The notes under the pieces were generated by a model. The model was given only the letters and a program-made list of their open reading frames with translations. It ran no database searches and was not told the origin of the DNA. Source: Eledone cirrhosa (taxonomy: Eukaryota). From it: a stretch of 64,000 nucleotides of DNA. A program made the position numbers and the translations under genes. Below are positions 60,190 through 64,000 of the stretch, in pieces; within the stretch, counting starts at the first letter, position 1; each line of letters starts with the position of its first letter. The stretch is taken from positions 84,940,001-85,004,000 of the forward strand of contig OZ024741.1 of assembly GCA_964016885.1 (NCBI GenBank), given 5' to 3'.

Positions 60190-60447
60190 TCCCTCCTTAA
60201 CTTCTGTATTAACCTACCTATTATATTGCTACTATGTTAATGTTATCTTATACTTGTATGCTATTGATGATGTGAAAGCTAAACAACCCCATGATTCGAA
60301 CTAACAATCCCTTCATCTAATATAGACCAAATAAATTTTGAGCCCACCTCACACCACAAATATTACTATCCGCACTACAATAATAAATATTTCATCTGTC
60401 AGATAATAAATACGCTCTTTATAGCTAGGTACTTAAACAACCAGAGC

Positions 60448-61753
60448 ATGGAAAGATTAAGAAAAAACATTAGAACATTTTTCAAAAAACGAGGCCTATG
60501 TATTACCTACGAACTGAACCATAAAAAAGTAAACTTTCTAGATGTGAATCTAAATCTAAATACGGGATTAATAGAACCCTTCCACAAAATTAATGAGAAT
60601 CTGGCCTACATTAGTTATAACTCAAACCACCCCAAATCCATAATCAGATCCATAGCATGTAGTATATCCCTTAGAATATCCCGCTTATCATCAAACCTAG
60701 AAATGTTTAATGAACATGCTAACTATTATAAACGCGGCATTACATAGGGCCGGACATAAAGATAAGCTGCAGTTTATAACGAATAAAGACAACTTAAACA
60801 AACCTACTAACAATGACACCAACCGCTCACACAAAAATAGAGGTAATGGGACTAGACATAGAGTTAGGCACGTAGCATCTAGAGTAAGTGGTCCAAACAC
60901 CAATAATGTAAACCCTAGAAACAATAGAAGAATCAGAGAAAAAAAATACCTGTGGTTCAATCCAATCTTCAACTCCTCTATAAAAACTAGACTGCCTTCT
61001 ACGCTCTTTAAACTAATAGATAAACACTTCCCTATATCACACAGATATCATAAAATACTCAATAGAAAAACTATAAAACTTTCATACTCTACGGCTGCAA
61101 ATATAGAATCACACATACGCAAGATCAACCCCAGAAATACCTCTAGGGAATCCGCCCCACCTATGCGCAACATAGCACCAAATTATAAACATAAACACAT
61201 CACAGTATCACAACCGCAAACGCATACAAGCACGCAGCACCAAAACCTCAACGGGCATAAATCACAACCCACTTATAGCGGAGTACAAAACAGCAGTGTG
61301 GAAGCTGCACGGAATAACACCTCAAACTACAACTGTCACCTACCGGATAGGTGCCCATTGGCGAATAGATGCCTTGATTCGAGGCTAGTATACATGTGTA
61401 CGGTCAACTCGGGCAACTCCACTTGGCATTACATTGGATCCACCGCGGGTACTTTTAAAAAAAGATGGTATGTGCACAGACACTCGATGAAGAACCGTGC
61501 ACTTATGGGTTCTACAACCCTCGCCAAAAGAATCTGGGAACTTAAGGACAATAACACCAACTACAATATCAACTGGTCGAGGTTGCCGGCCGCAAGGGCT
61601 AACAATACCGGTATGTCCTACTGTAGGCTCTGTGATCTAGAATTACTATATATCCTTAGGAATGTAAAAAGGCTACTCAACAACAAGTTAGAAAGATCAA
61701 TTTTCTGCAGACACAGGATCGCCACTAAATTCACAAGATTTAAGCCTCCGTGA
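60448..61753 (+). pseudogene. PLE RT thumb plus GIY-YIG endonuclease, one frameshift near 60730
   Basis: ORFs 60448-60747 and 60710-61753. Confidence 0.85.
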
Positions 61754-62850
61754 ATCGAACCGACATAACTTAGCATTCAACATATGATATCCACAATATT
61801 ACACGGACCACCACAGAACTATAATCATTAAGTAAATTCTAGCCTTCTTAATTATATACCACAGTAATGTCTGTAAGTATCTTATCAACGCATAAATATA
61901 TCCCTTCTCAGCTGCTGAACCTAAATCCAAGTACATTTCAGAATACTACTACATCACCTTCCCCCGGTTATAATTGTAGTTAGCATCTTTTCTCTTTATA
62001 TATATATATATTTTTTTTTATTGCCTCCTTAACCTCTGTATTAACTTACCTATTATATTGCTACTCTGTTAATGTTATCTTATACATGTATGTTATTGAT
62101 GATGTGAAAGCTAAACAACCCCATGATTCGAACTAACAATCCCTTCATCTAATATAGACCAAATAAATATTGAACTCACCTCACACCACAAATATTACTA
62201 TCCTCACTACAATGATAAATATTTCATGTCAGATAATAAATAATTCTTACGGTCACCAGACCTACAGTAAAGGAAATGGTACATTGTCTAAAGCCACCGG
62301 CTTATCTCTACACTATATATAATACACCCATGACAGCTTTTACATGTCAATTTCATACATCTGCCTCATGTCAGCTAGTTTTAGACACTAAAGTCGTAGA
62401 TATACTATGTTTCTTATTTAGATTGATGTTGTGATTATTTCAAGTAATTTATTGCTAGCATTGTTAGTATTGTTGTTATTGTTCTGATTGAATGCCATTA
62501 CTATATATAGAAGCCATGCCTGTATAATCCTTTCATTCTCACAAGCTCTGATGAATTGACTGGTTACAACTATGTATTGGTGATAGAATGACGCGAAAAC
62601 AGGCGGGTAGCGATCTCTAGACCTACCAGTTCAGAGAAACCATTTTGTATAGCAAACGGTGTCACTCTTCTTTCCTGATTTATCATTACTCCAAGTGTTA
62701 ACAACACAGAAATCACCGCGTACTCGCAGCATCACTATGGAAACGCCTTGTTGAGTCAAACATAGCCAAGCGTTGATATCATCCACTACTCGGAGTACTC
62801 TAACTGGACTACATCTAAGTGGACTACCTATAACAATAATCTGTTATCCC

Positions 62851-62880
<30 letters not shown>

Positions 62881-62888
<8 letters not shown>

Positions 62889-64000
62889 ATGCTTTGGGAG
62901 GGTCATGTTGCCAATAAGAAACATCGCACCAGTTGCTTTCACTCCAATTTATTATAAATTAAATTTATAAATTTAAGAATTTATAAATTTCCGGTTGGTT
63001 GGTTGGTTCCATAAACGGACGGTTGTTCATATATTGTCAAAGTACTTTCAACCTCTTCAGTGACTGGAGATTTGTTTTTTGTTTTGTGCCTCTCCTTTGT
63101 TCTGTCTTACGCCATCTTGTTTTTGTGTGTGTTGTGTGCTTAGTTTGCGCATGTGTTACATCCGGGTGTCTGTGTGTGTTTTTATTTATTTGTTTATTTC
63201 TTTGTTTTATTTATTTGTTTATTTACATGTTACTGGTTGGTTATATGTTCGAAGTGTGTGTGTGTTTTCATTTTGTCCTTAATTGTAAGCTGTGATGTTG
63301 CTATTCCATTCATGTTTTCTATTTAATTTTCAAAGACCTCTCTGTATAGATAAGAAATGCATAATCTGTAAACTAAGCCCCCACATTAACTGTAAAACTA
63401 GAAAATAGTATATAGCATAAAATGTACTGAAGGACAATGTAAAGATAGGAATATAGTGTACATAGGTGAGAGAGCTCGTAGTATAGGAGAACGGTTAAAT
63501 GAACACTGGCGAGAACTTCAAGATGAAAAAGAATCATCAATACTCCACCAATATGCTAAAATAGAACATAAGGGCAAATTAGAGAACATAGAAATAAAAA
63601 TAGAATCTACACACAGAAAAGAGGCAATGTTTAGACAAATCACAGAGGAAATAAACATAAATGAACTCCAACCAAAATTAAATAGAAAACATGAATGGAT
63701 TAGCAACGTCACAACTTACAATTAAGGACAAAATGAAAACACACACACACATAGAACAAACAACCAACCAGTAACATGTAAATAAACAAATAAATAAACA
63801 AATAAAAACACACACAAACATCCGGATGTAACACATGCGCAAACTAATCACACAACACAGGACAGAACAAAGGAGAGGCACAAAACAAAGAAAAGAAACC
63901 CCAGTCACTGAAGAGGTCACAGAATGTGTGACGAAAGAACTTTGACAATATATGAACAACCGTCCGGTTATTGAACCAACCAACCAAACGTAAATTTATA
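62881..64000 (+). mobile_element. PLE 3' fragment: inverted pLTR (62881-63330), GIY-YIG remnant (63390-63725), pLTR with HHR (63904-63946)
   Basis: YIGERARSIGERLNEH...E.INI...LNRKHEW; 62960-63325 is the reverse complement of 63675-64000. Confidence 0.85.

Larger units (their letters stand above)
58588..62850. mobile_element. Naiad-type PLE locus: inverted partial copy (58588-60075, minus), UTR piece (60076-60410), main 5'-truncated copy (60415-62850, plus)
   Basis: ORFs 59293-59882(-) mirror 60710-61753(+); VNFLDVNLNL, PFHK, SNHP, WFNP, LVY..YIG, CRLC, CRH. Confidence 0.9.

Overview
AT-rich, microsatellite-dense animal genomic DNA; the SINE families look like those of Octopus (inference). 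No intact host protein-coding gene is evident. The window is a nested mosaic of mobile elements: three R4/Dong-type RLE retrotransposon fragments, a Tx1-like LINE, a Vingi-like LINE inside a mariner remnant, hAT elements with 8-bp TSDs, many tRNA-derived SINEs, and several Penelope-like elements (PLEs; one Neptune-type copy with an open RT+GIY-YIG frame, plus Naiad-type copies). The main signal is about 19 well-formed type I hammerhead ribozyme (HHR) motifs, read by eye, plus degenerate and variant ones. Eleven lie in non-coding retrozyme-like repeats of four families (units of about 307, 424, 466 and 422 bp). These families share a layout: an octamer (ATGCAAAT, or a 1-mismatch version) 70-90 nt upstream of an HHR with a long stem I. 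Three of the four are head-to-head inverted arrays inserted in (TA)n. Other HHRs in PLE termini have very long stem II inserts or a variant core (U3-A8, C13). A decayed Kv-channel T1 domain is also probable. All folds were derived manually and need computational and biochemical confirmation.
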